Of a DNA stretch of 64,000 nucleotides, positions 15,746 through 31,615 are shown in pieces. Position numbers and translations under genes: made by a program. Position 1 is the first letter of the stretch; each line of letters starts with the position of its first letter. The notes beneath the pieces were generated by a model. The model had not been told where the DNA came from and did no database searches. It was given only the letters and a program-made list of their open reading frames with translations. Source of the DNA: the human T2T-CHM13v2.0 reference genome, Homo sapiens; NCBI RefSeq assembly GCF_009914755.1, contig NC_060926.1; one strand, written 5' to 3'.

Positions 15746-18700
15746 TTGTTTGTTTTAAACTTTCGGAGAATCAAGAAAAAAATAAAATACTTACTGAACC
15801 CAAATCTCTACTAAAAGTTTGAAAACAAAGAATGGGCAGAGAGCCCCTGTGTTTATACTCATCCCCCTTTGGTTCACTTACCTGCCTGGCACGGGTAGGA
15901 TTCTGATTTTGTGACATCTCCACCCCACCCCAATCTAAACTAAAACAGCAATGGAAGGAGAGGAAAGGATACATCTGAGAGAGCTTCTGCGGGCTGCAGA
16001 GGCAGGGCTTGGCAACTGCTTTAGACATGGAGTTAAGGCGCAGGAAAGAGCCTCTTAACTTGGGCAGCTGGTGAACAAGGGGCATCTTTCAAGATGGAGA
16101 TTATAAGAGAATCTACAGCAGGCTTGGGAATGAGGGAGGGGAATTAATGAGTTTGGTTGGGAATATCCGTGTGATGACTGCTTTACTTAGGATAATTTAT
16201 GTCGCAAAAAAGAATTCTTCAGGGACAAAAGGGAGCTCTATTAATAATCACACTGGGAAAAACAGAGGACAGATGCTTACCCCTAGCTGTAATAGGTCCC
16301 TTGGAGAAGGGTTAGAGGTGGACATAGGGGTCATCAGCACAAGAAACAGGAGAAAGCTTTGTTGCCCTAAGATGGTTATGACCCAATCAGAAAAAGACTG
16401 AAAGCACATTATGAAACAAACAAGTACAAGCCAACAGCATCATCCATGACTATCATAGGCATGGAACTGCCAAGAGATGGGACTGTCAGCCCTGCCCTGA
16501 GGAGGGGGTGGTCATGGAAGCAGCTGGGAGGAGCAGGGAATGCACTGCAGGAGGGTGTCAGTGAGTAGGCTGATTTCTTGCCCCTGAGATGCAAGCCTTA
16601 ATGAAAGTTTGAGGGGAACTGAGAAGTCTGGAGAACCTGGAAGCAGTTACCCTCTGTCCCTCACCCCTCCACTCTAAACACAGAGAGACTCAGGGGAGCC
16701 CCAGGCATCTGTGCAAAGCATGGGGTCCATTTTGGCAGCTTTGAAATGCTCTTTGAATAAATGCCATGGGCCTAAAAAGAGACATGAGGCAGTTCCCTGA
16801 AAAAACTTGCACTGCACCAGTAAAATATGTCTAGTTTATGCTGCTGGACTAAAATAGCAACTTGTGTTAGACAAGATCAAGATGATATATGGTTGTTTGG
16901 GAATGCAACGCTGAGATGGGTTTTCCTCTTCACCAAGCATGGCTTCCAGGCAATTTTCCCCCTTATAAAATCAACAGCAGCTGAGCTCCAGAAACCAGCA
17001 GGATCCAGCAATAACAGGACAAGGTTAGACAGGCTATGAAAAAAGACAACTCTAATAAGAAAAGAGATGCTCATTTCAAAGGTCAGATATAAATGGGGGA
17101 AATGTATCGTAATCATTAAAAACCTCAAATTCTGAAGATTAAAAAACCTGTCCACTTTTGCAACTGTATTTTCTTAAAAGCAAATGCTATGTTTTTCCCT
17201 TGCTGCATGCAGACTGCAGGTGAATATTTTTGACCCTATCACCTTCAGCCAAGTATAAAATTTCTGTATCTGCCATTTTGCCTAGTTTTCTCCCTGCACT
17301 GCTTCAACCCCCAAAGCTAAGTCAGTGCCACATTTTCCTTAGTGTTTACACAGGATTTTATTTCGACTGGTAAAACATCTGTATTTTTTCAGGGACTTAA
17401 ATAAATGATCTATGCTGGGAATGTACAGTATAGGGTGATGTCAGGCCCCCTTTTTTTCTCGACTCACTGGGTAGAACAGGCAAACATTGTTTCAGCCTGT
17501 AGTTGGGAATGTGAATATTTATCCTGTCGACTTAATTCATACAAACAGAACTGCAGGCAGGCAGGCAGAAGTATTTTATGGCTCTAGGTCAGATTGAAAG
17601 GGGGTAAAAGGGTAAAAGGGAGATGACTGAGGGAGGAATCTAAACTTTCTAATTCACAGAAACAAGCCCAATCACATCACTGCTGGGAAACAGATACAGC
17701 AAAAATTATTCAAAATGCAGATTGTGTTTGTATGTGAGTGGAGGGCAAGGTGGGAAGGCAAGAGAGAGAAAGGTCTCTAACAATACAGTATGTCATTTGC
17801 AGTCATTCCAGTGTGGGCTAGGATTTGTTTTCCGCTTCAGGCATATTAACTGAACCCCAACTAGGCCGTAGGCCTCTCAGGAGCACCCCTCTTGCCTCTG
17901 ACTTCCACAATGCAGGGTGCCATGCTTACTGGGTATAAGTACCTACTTATATCATCTGTTCAGAGCTCAACATGTTGTTTTTTATTCACAGCCCAACTGG
18001 GCTAGAGCCGGAACCTTGGGATACCTGAATTCCTCAACCTGGTCATTCCCCAGAAGAAAGTGCTTGGTGGGCACTTGCTGTCCACATGAATCCACCAATC
18101 TGCTAGAGGGCCAGCCAGGAAGCATTTCATGTGGTTGCTTCCCTAAACTTCAACCTGTTTATTGGGTAAGAATACATCCTTAGGATGGTCTTGCTAAGTC
18201 CCCAAAACATGACACCTTACTGTGTTGTGTGTTGCTGCCAGGAAAAGGATGCTAAGTACAAAGTGTAATTACTTCCTAGCTGATTCTAGTTTGGGGAGAG
18301 AATCACAGGAAACAGGCCGTGAATATCTTTAAGGACTACAGTGTACAAAAACACAAAGCCTGCTGGGGACTGGAAATTCACTTTGGGCCTCAAATCCATC
18401 CCCTCCTTTCTATTAACACTCCCACTATTTTAGTTCAGGAGCAAGAAGACTTTGCACCCAGATGCTAAAAACAACTTAACTGCCTGGTCTCTGCCTCCAG
18501 CACTTATTTTACAAATGGCCAGCAAAGAAATATTCCTAAAGCCAAGCTCTGAGGACATCACTCTCAAGTTCAAAATCCATCAATGACTTTCAACCTCCTA
18601 AAGAATGTGCTGGCACTAAAGGCTCAATCTACCTTTCCAGATTTAATTTCTGTTTCCTCCACTTTACGAACCTATTCTGTGGCCACAAAGAACAATTTCC

Positions 18701-19590
18701 CATTCGTAACAACTTACAAATGCTTTCCTGGCCAGGACGTTCCATCATTTGTCTCCCCACCTTCTCCAACTCCACCTACTGAAATTCCATTAATAAAGTA
18801 AGGCCCAGCTTAAACGTCACCTTCCCCATAAAACTCTCCCCAGCTTTCCTCAACTACCCCCACTCCCACCCTAAAACTCACTGTTTTTCTCTTCAGTGCT
18901 CCAACATCTCCTTTAATTTGATGATTTTAAAAAACTGTTTAATCCCATCATCATGGTTATCAATCTATACTATCCTTTTCTAGAGTATAGAGCTCTTTAT
19001 CTGGCAGGGAGAGGGGCTGAAAACAGAGGATTCATTGATTCGGAATTCTACCACGGTCTTGCTAGGGGTGGCAGAACAGAAGCTGCATTTGCAGCAGCAG
19101 CTGGGGTGCTAAAAGTCACCTCTGTAAACTCTGGTCACACCAAGGTGTTGGGGGAAATAGTATTGACAAGAGAGAAAGTATACATTTGTCTTGGATAATC
19201 TCTCACCTATTGTTCTAAATTCTATAAAGTAATTATGAGTTCCTTCACAGGGGAGACTTGTCAAGGGCCCCCAACAAGGGCCCCCAAGCTGTTCGTAAGG
19301 GCAAGGTTTGGACAGTGGTGTCAGATAGTCAACCTTAACCCAACATACAAATGAAGGCCTGCATATGAAGAATTTAAAATTAACTAAACACTAACATAAT
19401 ACCTGCTCTAACTAAAAAGCTTCTAATTTTAGAACACAGATACATTTCTGAAAATCTAGTTATAAAATTATTTGTAAAATAAATCTGTCTAAATTCTTTA
19501 GGAAGAGCTGTTTATATTTGATAATTTATCTTGCTTATATATCTGGATCTTCAACTACCGAGTTTTCTGAAAGAGAGAGTATCAAGATCA

Positions 19591-19956
<366 letters not shown>

Positions 19957-20960
19957 TCAAGACAAAGTTAATTTTTTAAAATAAATTTTATTGTGTATAT
20001 TTAAGGTATAGAACATGTTATGAGGAGAGGGAGAGGGGGAGAGAGAAAGAGAAAGAGAGAGAGAGGGTTACTATAGTGAAACAAATTAGCATACTCATTA
20101 TTTCACATAGTAACTAGCATCCCTACCACCACCTTCCAGGGCAAGAGTGGGTTATTAACTATAGTCCTAATACTGTACTTAGATCTTTCAACTTGTTCAT
20201 CCCGCGTAATTGCTACTTTGTATCCTTTGACCTACATCTGATTTCCTATCCTATACTCCAACCCTGGTAACCACTAACCATGAGTTTATTCTCCCGTTCT
20301 ATATATTTGACTTTTATTATTTTTTTAAAGATTCCACATATAATTAAGATCATGCGACACTTTTCTGTGTCTGGCTTATTTCTCTCAGCAAAGTGTCCTC
20401 CTGGTCCATTCATGTAGCAAATGGCAAGATCTCCTCCTTTTTAAAGGCTGAATAATATTCTACTGCACATAATCTATCTATCTCAGTTTCTTTATTCATT
20501 CATCCATTTATGGATACCCAGGTTATTTCACTTTCTCTGGATACACACCCAGAAGCAGGATTTGCTGGGTCTTATGATGGTTCTATTTGTAATTTCTTTA
20601 GGAATCTTCACACTGTTTTCCATCATGGAGGCATCAATCTGCGTGCCCACTCACAGGATGCAAGGGTTCCCTTTTCTGCACACCCTCACCAACGCTTATC
20701 TCTTGTTTTTTGATAACAGCTATCCTAAGAGGAGTGAGGTGGCATCACATAATGGTTTTGATTTCATCTGAATGCAAATCAAATGATTAGTGATGTTGAG
20801 CACTATTTTATATACCTGTTGGACATTTTCATGTCATCTTTTTTGAGATATAAAAGAGATGGGTATTCAAGTTCGTTGCCCATTTTTAAATTGGGTTATA
20901 TATTTTCCTGCTGAGTTGTATGAGTTACTCATAAATCTTAGATAATAACCCCTTATCTGA

Positions 20961-21674
<714 letters not shown>

Positions 21675-22108
21675 TGATATAGGCATACGATGTGTACTGA
21701 CCATTTATCATTTCTCTGTTATGAACATTCCAATTATATTTTTAGTTATTTTTAAATGTACAATAAATTATTGTTGACTGTAGTTACCCTATTGTGCTAT
21801 CACATACTAGATATTATTCATTCTATCTAATTAACTATATTTTTGTACCCATTAACTATCCCCCTTTCCTTTCCTCCCCAGCCTCTGATAACTATCATTT
21901 TACTCTCTATCTCCATGAGTTCAATTGTTTTAATTTTTGGCTCCTACAAATGAGTGAAAACATGAAATTTGTCTTTCTGTGCCTGGCTTATTTCACTTAA
22001 CATGGAACCTCTAGTTCTATTTATATTTTTGCAAATGTCAGGATCTCATTCTTTTTTATGCCTGAACAGTACTGCATTGTGTATATGGACTACATTTTCT
22101 TTACCATT

Positions 22109-22475
22109 TGATATTGTTTGGCTGTGTCCCTACCCAAATCTCATCTTGTGGTTCCCATAAACCCATGTATTGAGGGAGGGACCCAGAGGGAGGTAATTGA
22201 ATCATGGGGGTGGTTATCCTCATGCTGTTCTCATGATAGAGAGTGAGTTCTCACGAGACCTGATGGTTTTACAAGGGGTTTTTCCCCCTTTTGCTTGGCA
22301 CTTCTCCTTGCTGCCACCACGAAAAGGATGTATTTGCTTCCTTTTCCGCCATGATTGTTAAGTTTCCTGAGGTCTCCTCAGCCATGCTGAACTGTGAGTC
22401 AGTTAAACCTCTTTCCTTTAAAATTACCCAGTCCTGGGTATGTCTTTATTAGCAGCTTGAGAACAAACTAATACA
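22109..22475 (+). mobile_element. THE1 (ERVL-MaLR) solo LTR
   Basis: TGATATTGTTTGGCTGTGTCC...AACTAATACA termini with 5-bp TSD CCATT (22104-22108 and 22476-22480). Confidence 0.92.
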
Positions 22476-23149
22476 CCATTCATCTGCTGATGGACACTTA
22501 GGCCTTAGGTTGATTCTAAATCTTGGATATTATGAACAGTGCTGTAATAAACAAGAGAGTGCAAATATCTCTTTGATATACTGATTTCCTTCCTTTTGAA
22601 TATATACCTAGTAGTGGGATTGCTGGATCATATGGTATTCTAGTTTTGCTTTTTGAGGAACCTCCAAACTGTTCTCCACAGTGATTGTACTAATTTACAT
22701 TCCCACCAACAGTGTACAAAGGTTCCCCTTTCTCCGTATCTTCGCCAGCACTCATTATTGCCGGTGTCTTGGTTAAAAATCATTTTAACAGAGGTAAGAT
22801 AATTATAGGCTGCCTTTTCAACTTGTTTATTGTTTCCTTTGCTCGCAGAAGCTTTTTAGTTTGATATCATCCTTTTATCCATATTTGCTTTTGTAGACTG
22901 ACCTTCTGGTGTGACAGCCAAGAAATCACTGCCAAGGCCAACGTCAAGGTTTCCCCTGTGTTTTCTTCTTAGAGTTTTGTATCTTAGGTCTTATGTTTAC
23001 ATCTTTTATCTATTTTGAGTTGACTTTTGTGTAAGGTATAAGGGTCCAATGTCATTCTTTTGCATGTGGAAATCCAGTTTTCCCAGCACCATTTACTGAA
23101 AAAACTATCCCTTTCCCACTGCAGACACAGTTAATTTTAATGCAATAAA

Positions 23150-25560
23150 GGAGAAGGGGAACTGATAGTGGCATAAATGAAACAAAATTAGCCATCGATT
23201 GATAATGTTTGAAGCTGAGTGATGGATACATGGGGATTCATTATATTATTTGTGTATATCTAAAAATTTCTATAATATAAAAATGTGAAAAAGATTTAGT
23301 GAGGGAGGAAGAATGGAAAGATAAAATAGCTTAGTGTATAGGACACAAAAATAACCAATATAGGAAGAGCTTATGATGTAGTGCAGAAAGTAAGATGTAC
23401 ATACTGAAATTTAAGACAGAAAACGGTTAAGGGCTATAAGAGAAATAGAGAACAGAAGGCCAAGAAATAAACTCATTAGAAATTCTGCACGTGGAAGCTA
23501 AGTAGATGATAAAGGTGACATTTGAACAGTAGTGAAAACATTGATTCATTCAATAAACAGTATTAAGACAATCAACCAGTCCTTTGGGAAATGATATAGT
23601 TGGATTCCTATCTAAAGCCTTAAACTAAGATAAATTCCAGACGGAGAAAAGAATCAAATGTAAAAAAGAAACTATAAAAATGCTAGAAGGGAATGAAATA
23701 TGTTTCATATCATGTTTTATAATCAGCAGGTAAAAGTGTTTTTTAAAAGAATAAACAAAAAGCCATGAATAGGGGAAAATAAGATGTATAAATATGTCAA
23801 CATAAAAACTGAAAACTTTTATATAGCAAAAACTACTATGAAGATTAAAAAGTAAAGGGAAACCAGGGGTAAAATATCTGCTAATTCCCCTAAGGAACAA
23901 AATTTGCAAATCAATAACAAAAATGAAAGTAACTGAATGAAATATGGCAGGAATTCTCAAACTTTCTCAATTCAAAGCACCTTTAGTACCTCACTAATTT
24001 TTTCAGGGTGCCCTAAGGCCAAAGGAAATAGCTAAGAGTTCCATTTATTAAGTAGTTAGGTCCAAACAATCCAATAAGTATTTATGCCTTAATAACTTAG
24101 TGGCTGTGTGAAAAAATAAACATAAGTTGAAAGAAAAAATATTTTCCTTTCATTCTTAAATAACCACAATTACTCACTAATGGGATGTATGTGCCTACTG
24201 GATACTTCATGGCTTCCCCAGCTTTGGACTCCACCACTCATTCTTGTTCCACATGGATTTTCTCAGGGCACTTGCTTTTTTATCACAGCAACTACCAAAT
24301 GCTCAACTTTGCAAAAAGATACAGCATCATCAAAAGGAATGTAGTATGAGCTAATGCTAAAAACTATAAATTACTTTGTGCTAGTAATTCACATAATGTC
24401 TGACAGATGGCAAGTGTCACTGTGCTTATCCCTAAAATTGAAAATATCCCATGCCTTGCCACATACTTTGGGAACTGCAAGTATTTAGCAAAGAACATAA
24501 ACAAACAATTCACAGATGAAATCCAAATAGCCAATAAATGTATCAGAAAATGTTTAATTTCATTAGTGTTTGATGAAGTGTAATAAAACAATGAGGGTTT
24601 TTTTTAACCTATGGATTTGGCACATACTTTTTTTTTAAAAAGAGTAAGACCCAACTGATAGATGGACAAGAAAATAAGATACTCTCAGTCATCACTGGTG
24701 GAAGTATAAATTGTCACAACCTTTTTGGAGGGTAATCAGCAGAGTCATGTTGTATACATAACATATTCTACACAAATGGTACCCAATGGAGTTGGGCAAA
24801 ACCACGACTTGAAAGTCCGGCATTTGCTATCAAAATGGAAGACACGCACTTTCTTTAATTTTGTTATGCCCACTTCTAGGAGTTTATTTTACAGACAAAC
24901 AGATATGAGCAAAGGTGTAGATGCTCAAGGATCATCTTCAGCAGCACTGGTTGTATGGAATAGGAAAGTTTAGAAATGACCAATACGGGACCAGTTGAAA
25001 AGAGTAAGGGATAGTCCTACATATATCCTGTCATGTACAGCCAAACTGTACAGTCATTATAAAGAAGTTGTAGATTTATATAGACTCAACTGGAAAGATC
25101 TCCAAGTCATACTGTAAAGTGAAAAAGGAAGCTGCAAAAATATTATGATCCCATTTTTATTAATGCCAAGTTGTTAATTGGGGGAGTGGGATTTTTACAT
25201 TCAATGTTGTATACTTCTGTAATTTAGAAAGTTTTACAGTAGAAATGCATTACTTTTCAATTTTTTTCAAGTTTTGAAATTGTAGACTCATAGCAAATTG
25301 CAAAAACAGCATAGTCAGTGTACCTTTCACTCAGCTTCCTCCAATGGTGATACCTTATGTAACTATAGTTCTATGTCAGAACCAGAAAACTGACATAGGC
25401 ACAGTATTATTAACCAGACTGCATACCTGATTCAGCTGTCACCATTTTCTACACACGTCCACTTGGTGGGGGAGGACGGTGCCATTTTATCCCATGTATG
25501 AATCTGTATAATGACTACCACAATCAAGATACAGGACTGTCCTATCACCACAAAGTACAT
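23150..25560. mobile_element. Old L1ME/L1MC fragments
   Basis: Degenerate ORF2 and 3'UTR motifs (ggtggaagtataaattg, cccacttctaggagttta). Confidence 0.65.
23950..24478. mobile_element. hAT-Charlie (Charlie4-like) DNA transposon fossil inserted in L1
   Basis: Termini attctcaaact...tttgggaactg; internal sequence recalled as Charlie4-type. Confidence 0.55.
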
Positions 25561-26754
25561 TACTTTTAGAGTCAGAAACAATAAAAGCTAAAATATATTC
25601 TTTTTTTGTCATATATTCTCTAACTCCCTACTTATTGTGAAAATTCACATACTAATTATTGGGACAGGTAGGTGTGTGGTATTTTCACCGAGAGAGAAAT
25701 CAAAGATAAGAAACTTTGACATTCCCAAGGCTCTTCCTCTCTGGTCTCCTCCTTTGACTTTTCAGTTCTGTGCCCAATGTGGCTGAAGAGCAGGTCAGAG
25801 GAGAAACCCACTGGGGGCAGAGAAGGCTGTTCATGGGGGAGATAGGTGGCAGCCTTCTTAAGAGCCAGAACTGTATCTCTAATGTTGCCTCCTCTGCAAA
25901 TGAGGCCAAAAGAAATGTAAAGTTATATTAATTTGCATTTTCCAGATTTTAGAGAGGCTATAAAATTTGCCTTGTAAAGAGAGACTGGCTTTCAGAAAAC
26001 TGTTTGGCACCCAGCATCTGGTAATGCACGTTACTCTGAGCTGCCCAGTGAAGGGGTTTGAGGCAACTGGACTTAACTGTACCTAAAGGCCCCAAAACCT
26101 GAGTGGGCCTGAGACAGCCTCAGGAGTTTGCTGGCTTCCAATGCACTGTGGGAACAGACAGACTCCTCTTTTAGAAAAATAAAGATGGAATTTTTTTCCC
26201 CTCTTTCGGTTGCAGCTTATTTCAAAGGTCATCAAAGTAAACAAAAGGAAAAGACTGTGAATCTTTAAAAGTCAAAAAGTGACAACTGTTTACAAAGTGG
26301 CTGTTTATAAGGGAAAAAATGATTCCTCTAAGCCCCTAGGAATGGAGATTTGGGTGGTTGCCCTTCCCCCTCCATCTAGTTTGTTTGTTCATTTGCCACT
26401 CAAAATCTCCAGCAGTGAGGTCCAGGAACATCTGTTGCATCCATTTTATGCATAATTATTAAAGTCTACTAGACAGCTGGTGTTTGTGGAATAAACCAGG
26501 CAGTGTCTTAAGCAAAAGCCTCTGTAGCCCTTATTGATAACTATGCCTCCCACAGTCCTGCAATTATGTGTAATAACCAAAGTCATAGAGAAAGGATGCA
26601 GTAAGGCCTCTCCAAATCTTGAGCCCCATTTCCTAAGAGGGCACCTTTGTTCAGAGAATGGTGATTCTGTGAGATCTAACTGAACCAAGGGGCCTGTGAT
26701 ATCAGTCCTTATGAGCCTCCTCGGATCCCTGAGAGTCATCAAAAAACCTTTTCA

Positions 26755-27135
<381 letters not shown>

Positions 27136-27143
27136 TTAACTGG

Positions 27144-27283
27144 ATTTTTTTTTTTTTCTTTTTAAGAGATGGCATCTCCCTGTGTTGCCCAGGCTGGACT
27201 CAAACTCCTAGGCTCAAGGGATCCTCCTTCCTCAGCTTCCCAAGTAGTTGGGACTACAGGCATGTGCTACTGGCCCCAGCTCC
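27144..27283 (-). mobile_element. FLAM_C-like Alu monomer
   Basis: Single antisense arm with T-tail. Confidence 0.8.
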
Positions 27284-28277
27284 AACGGGCTTTTTTTTTT
27301 TTCTATTATTAGATATATTCCAAGATAATGAGATGTAGGTGGTATTAAAATAATCAACCTAAAAGGTACCTTCTAACATGGTGTGCTGGGCAAATTAATC
27401 AAAGTGCAATTATCAGTCTATTACAAAGATTTCATATTATTTCTACTCATCCATTCAGGCTCAGCTCACCAATTTCCTTTGCAAAGTTCTCTCTGACAAT
27501 TCCAGGTCATGGCAATCATTCCATCCTCTCATGCCATAGCACTTATCTGAACCACTCATTTGGCACCTAGGATATGTTATCTTAATTACTATGTATCTTT
27601 TTATGTAAACCATGTCGTTTTATCTCCTATAGAGCCTTGCTGGAGTGCAAACGTTTGTTGATTTGATTTGAAATTTAAGGCAATTACCATGTGGGCTGAG
27701 ATAAACAGTACTTGTAAGGCAACAGTTAACTCAACAGTGAAAGTAAACAGCAAGACTGCTTGCAAATGGTTTGGCATACAAAGTAAGATGACCAATGACT
27801 ACAGGTCCTCAAGACTGGAATATGTTTGTGTCGTGGGCCACCAGCCTTTTAAGTCCTAGCCTACTGACATGTCAGGTTATTTACATGTTCATCTTTCCCC
27901 AAGCTCATCTTGAGGAAACTAATAATCTTCCTTCTAAACCTACTTCAGCTCAAACACTGATGCCACTATGAAACCATTCCCAGGAACTGTTAAGTTTATT
28001 TGTTGAGTCGATAGCTGAATGAAACAATGACTCTCTCTAAGCAACCAGTCACCCACCCATCTGTCCATAAACCATTTTGGCCTTTCCCTTTCACTATATT
28101 GCTGGAAGGCTATGAGGATCGTTTGGGAAAGTTCAAAGAGAAGTTGTTATGGATTTTCCACCTAAAGAAGTCCTTTTAGCCAATTATTGGGACTGAGGAC
28201 AGTGGGACAACAGGATATTTCTCTTGGTGCTCACTAGACTCATACTAATACTAGACTGATACTTTAATCCTCAGGCT

Positions 28278-28545
28278 AGGAGTTCTAAACGTGGAATGAG
28301 TTCATCCCCAGGAGACATCTGACAATATCTACAACATTTTTAGTTGTCACAACTGAAAGGGGGTGCTACCAGCATCTACCACAACTGAAAGGGGGTGCTA
28401 CCAGCATCTACCACAACTGAAAGGGGGTGCTACCAGTAGACAGAGGCCAGGGACGCTGCTAAACATCCTACAAGGCACAGGACAACTTCTTACAACCAAG
28501 AATCCAGCCCAAAATGTCAATTGTGCTGAGGGTGAGAAACCCTGG
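28278..28545 (+). mobile_element. MER20 (hAT-Charlie MITE) with internal tandem expansion
   Basis: ttttagttgtcacaactg...gaggccagggacgctgctaaacatcctaca...gcccaaaatgtcaattgtgctgagggtgagaaaccctg. Confidence 0.88.
28348..28436. repeat. Perfect 32-bp tandem repeat, about 2.8 copies
   Basis: cacaactgaaagggggtgctaccagcatctac at 28348 and 28380, partial at 28412. Confidence 0.95.
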
Positions 28546-28554
28546 CCTACTATC

Positions 28555-28725
28555 ATATCACGGGCTTTGTAGTCAAGACATAGCTGGTAGCCTTAGAAAA
28601 TTATTTAATCTCTTTGAGTCCTAAGTTCCTCATCTATAAAATAAAGCTAATAATACAACTCCTCTCATATCCCATGAGGTTGCCATGAAGTCTAAAAGAT
28701 AATTGATGTACAAAGTGCTTTGTAA
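28555..28725 (+). mobile_element. MIR
   Basis: ttatttaatctctttgagtcctaagttcctcatctataaaat core. Confidence 0.65.
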
Positions 28726-29706
28726 TTTCTCTTTAAAAAATTAGTCACTCTTATTAATGAATGGCATAGCCTACATGTGGTTTCAATTCTGTGGTGCAAC
28801 TGACGGCATCTCTCAGTGCTGATGTGAAAAGGAGACTCACTTCACTCCTCTCCAGCCATCTGGTTCTCCTGTTCTCCTAGCTCTGCATTATCAGTAGCTT
28901 TCTTGACTCCTCTGTGCTTCCTGCTTATGTTCTTTTTTGGCAGGTGTTTTGACTTGACCACTGGACTTCTGCCTTTGGCAGTATCGTTCCTTGGCACTAT
29001 TTTTCTTAGTGGTCTGTGGTGATTGTCCCAGAAACTGTGCTTTCTGACGAATCATCTTACTACAGCTCATCACAATGACAAATGTATGGCAAGGATAAAT
29101 TATGATTATCCCTCAGGTGCTTTAAGAAATACATTATTTGTTATCAAGGTTGCCCTTTTTATCATAAGTTAAATTTTCTGTATTTGTGATGTACATCTAA
29201 GAATAAGTTGTACCACTCAGTGTCTTAGAAAAAAATAATCTGGTGACCCTTGAAGGTATTAACTCTATTAGTTATGACCCTCAAGAGGTTTATTCTTGAT
29301 ATTCTTTCCAACTGAGACTGCTCCATAAATTCACATATCCAGAGGTATAATTTCTAGCCCTTTTGGACTGCTCTGAGAGAGGAAAACTCTTTAAAATAGG
29401 CTAAGAAAGCACATTCTTATTTTCTTTAGTATTTCCCAAATGACCCAAATCAGGTAACACTGGAACAAATACTTTAGCTCCCAACGTAGGTCATTTCCTG
29501 GGTGAATCTGGCCAGTTTGCTTTTACCTTATTCAAAGGAAGCAAAGCGTCTTTCCTGTGTGTATTAGTCTCACAAAATAGATATCTGGATGTTCACATAA
29601 TGAAGCATGATGATCTTACATTTGCAGTCCTACTTCAAAGGGTATGAATTATGGGTGCATGTGTTTAAAATTCCATAATTTTTGATTTACAAGAAAAGGC
29701 AATACA

Positions 29707-30779
29707 CAGTCACATATTATTTAATGACAGGCATACATTCTGAGAAACGTGTTGTTAGGCGATTTCATCATGTTACTGTACTGAATACGGTAGACAACTA
29801 TAACACAATGGTAAGTATTTGTGTATCTAAACATAGAAAAGGTATGGTAAAAATATGCTATTAATATAAAGGATTTTAAACGGTGCACCTGTATAGAGCA
29901 CTCATCATGAGTGGAGCTTGCAGGACTAGAAGTTGCTCTGGGTGAGTCAGTGAGTGAGTGGTGAGTGAATGTGAAGGCCTAGGACATCATTGTACACCAC
30001 CGTAGACTTTACGAATACTGTATACTTAGGCTACACTAAATGTATTTTAAAAATTTTCTTCAATAATACATTAACCTTAGTTTGCTCTAACATTTTTACC
30101 TTATCAACTTTAAATTTTTAAAAACTGTTTGTTTTGTAATAACACAGCTTAAAATGCAAACACCTGTGCAGCTATAAAAAATAATTTCTTTATATCCTTA
30201 TTTTTTAAGCTTTTTCCTATTTTTTCTATTTTAAATTTTATGTTTTTACTTTTTTAACTTTTTTGCTAAAAACTAAGACACAAACACACACATTAGCCCA
30301 GGACTACACAGGGTCAGGATCATCAAAATCACCATCTTCCACTTCCACATCCTGGTCCACTGGAAAGTCTTCAGAGGCAATAACACGCATGGAGCAGTCA
30401 CCGTATATAATCACAATGCCTGAGACTGTTTTACAGTTAACAATTTTTTAGGTAGTCACCTCCTATGATAACAATGCCTAAATCAGGAATATACTCTAAA
30501 GTAACAATAAAAAGCATAGTAAATACATAAACCAGGAACATAGTCATCTGCTGTCATTATCGAGTATTATGTGTTGTATATAATTATATGTGCTATACTT
30601 TTATTTGACTGGCAGCGGAACAGGTTTGTTTACACCAGCATCACCACAAACACATGAGTAATGCATTGTGCTACATCATTAGGCAATAAAAATTTTTTAG
30701 CCCCATTATAATCTTATGGGACCACTGTCACATATGCAGTCTGTGGTTGACTGAAATGCTGTTATGTGATGCATGACCG
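29707..30779. mobile_element. Tigger3 (Golem)-type TcMar-Tigger element
   Basis: Ends cagtcacatattatttaatgacagg... and ...gttatgtgatgcatgaccg|ta; internal ggagcttgcaggactagaagttgctctgggtgagtcagtgagtgag. Confidence 0.85.
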
Positions 30780-31152
30780 TAGTTAATCCCAATCTTCTTG
30801 AAATTAATGGTGAACTCTATGTAGAACGAATCATATCTCCATAACAGGGAGTTTCCTGGCTATCATGAAAACTTTGTTTATTCAAAAGCCTTTGAAGTGG
30901 CAGAAGAGAAAGAGGGAGATTTCTCATCTGATCCAGAGGGATGTCTTCAACTTTGGTTATCACTGGTCATTTTTATTATTGGAAAAACAAATGGAAAGAC
31001 TGAGTTCAGCTTAGCATTATGAGGAAGTGAGCAAGATACCCACCAACAGGAGTAGTTCATGAGTCTGTGGAGCAGTGGCATTTACCCTTATGGAAATAAC
31101 ACACAGTTCCTGAGGATGAGAAAGCAGTCTCCAAACACGAGGATTCGTTCTA

Positions 31153-31615
<463 letters not shown>

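Noticed and set aside
19262-19287. 13-bp tandem duplication caagggcccccaa (also a 10-bp duplication at about 49260)
   Set aside because: Ordinary slippage microduplications.
28841-29120. 60-aa Lys/Gln-rich minus-strand ORF near a GAA|gtgagt donor at 28840
   Set aside because: No convincing acceptor, stops in all frames before the donor, and no recognisable homology.
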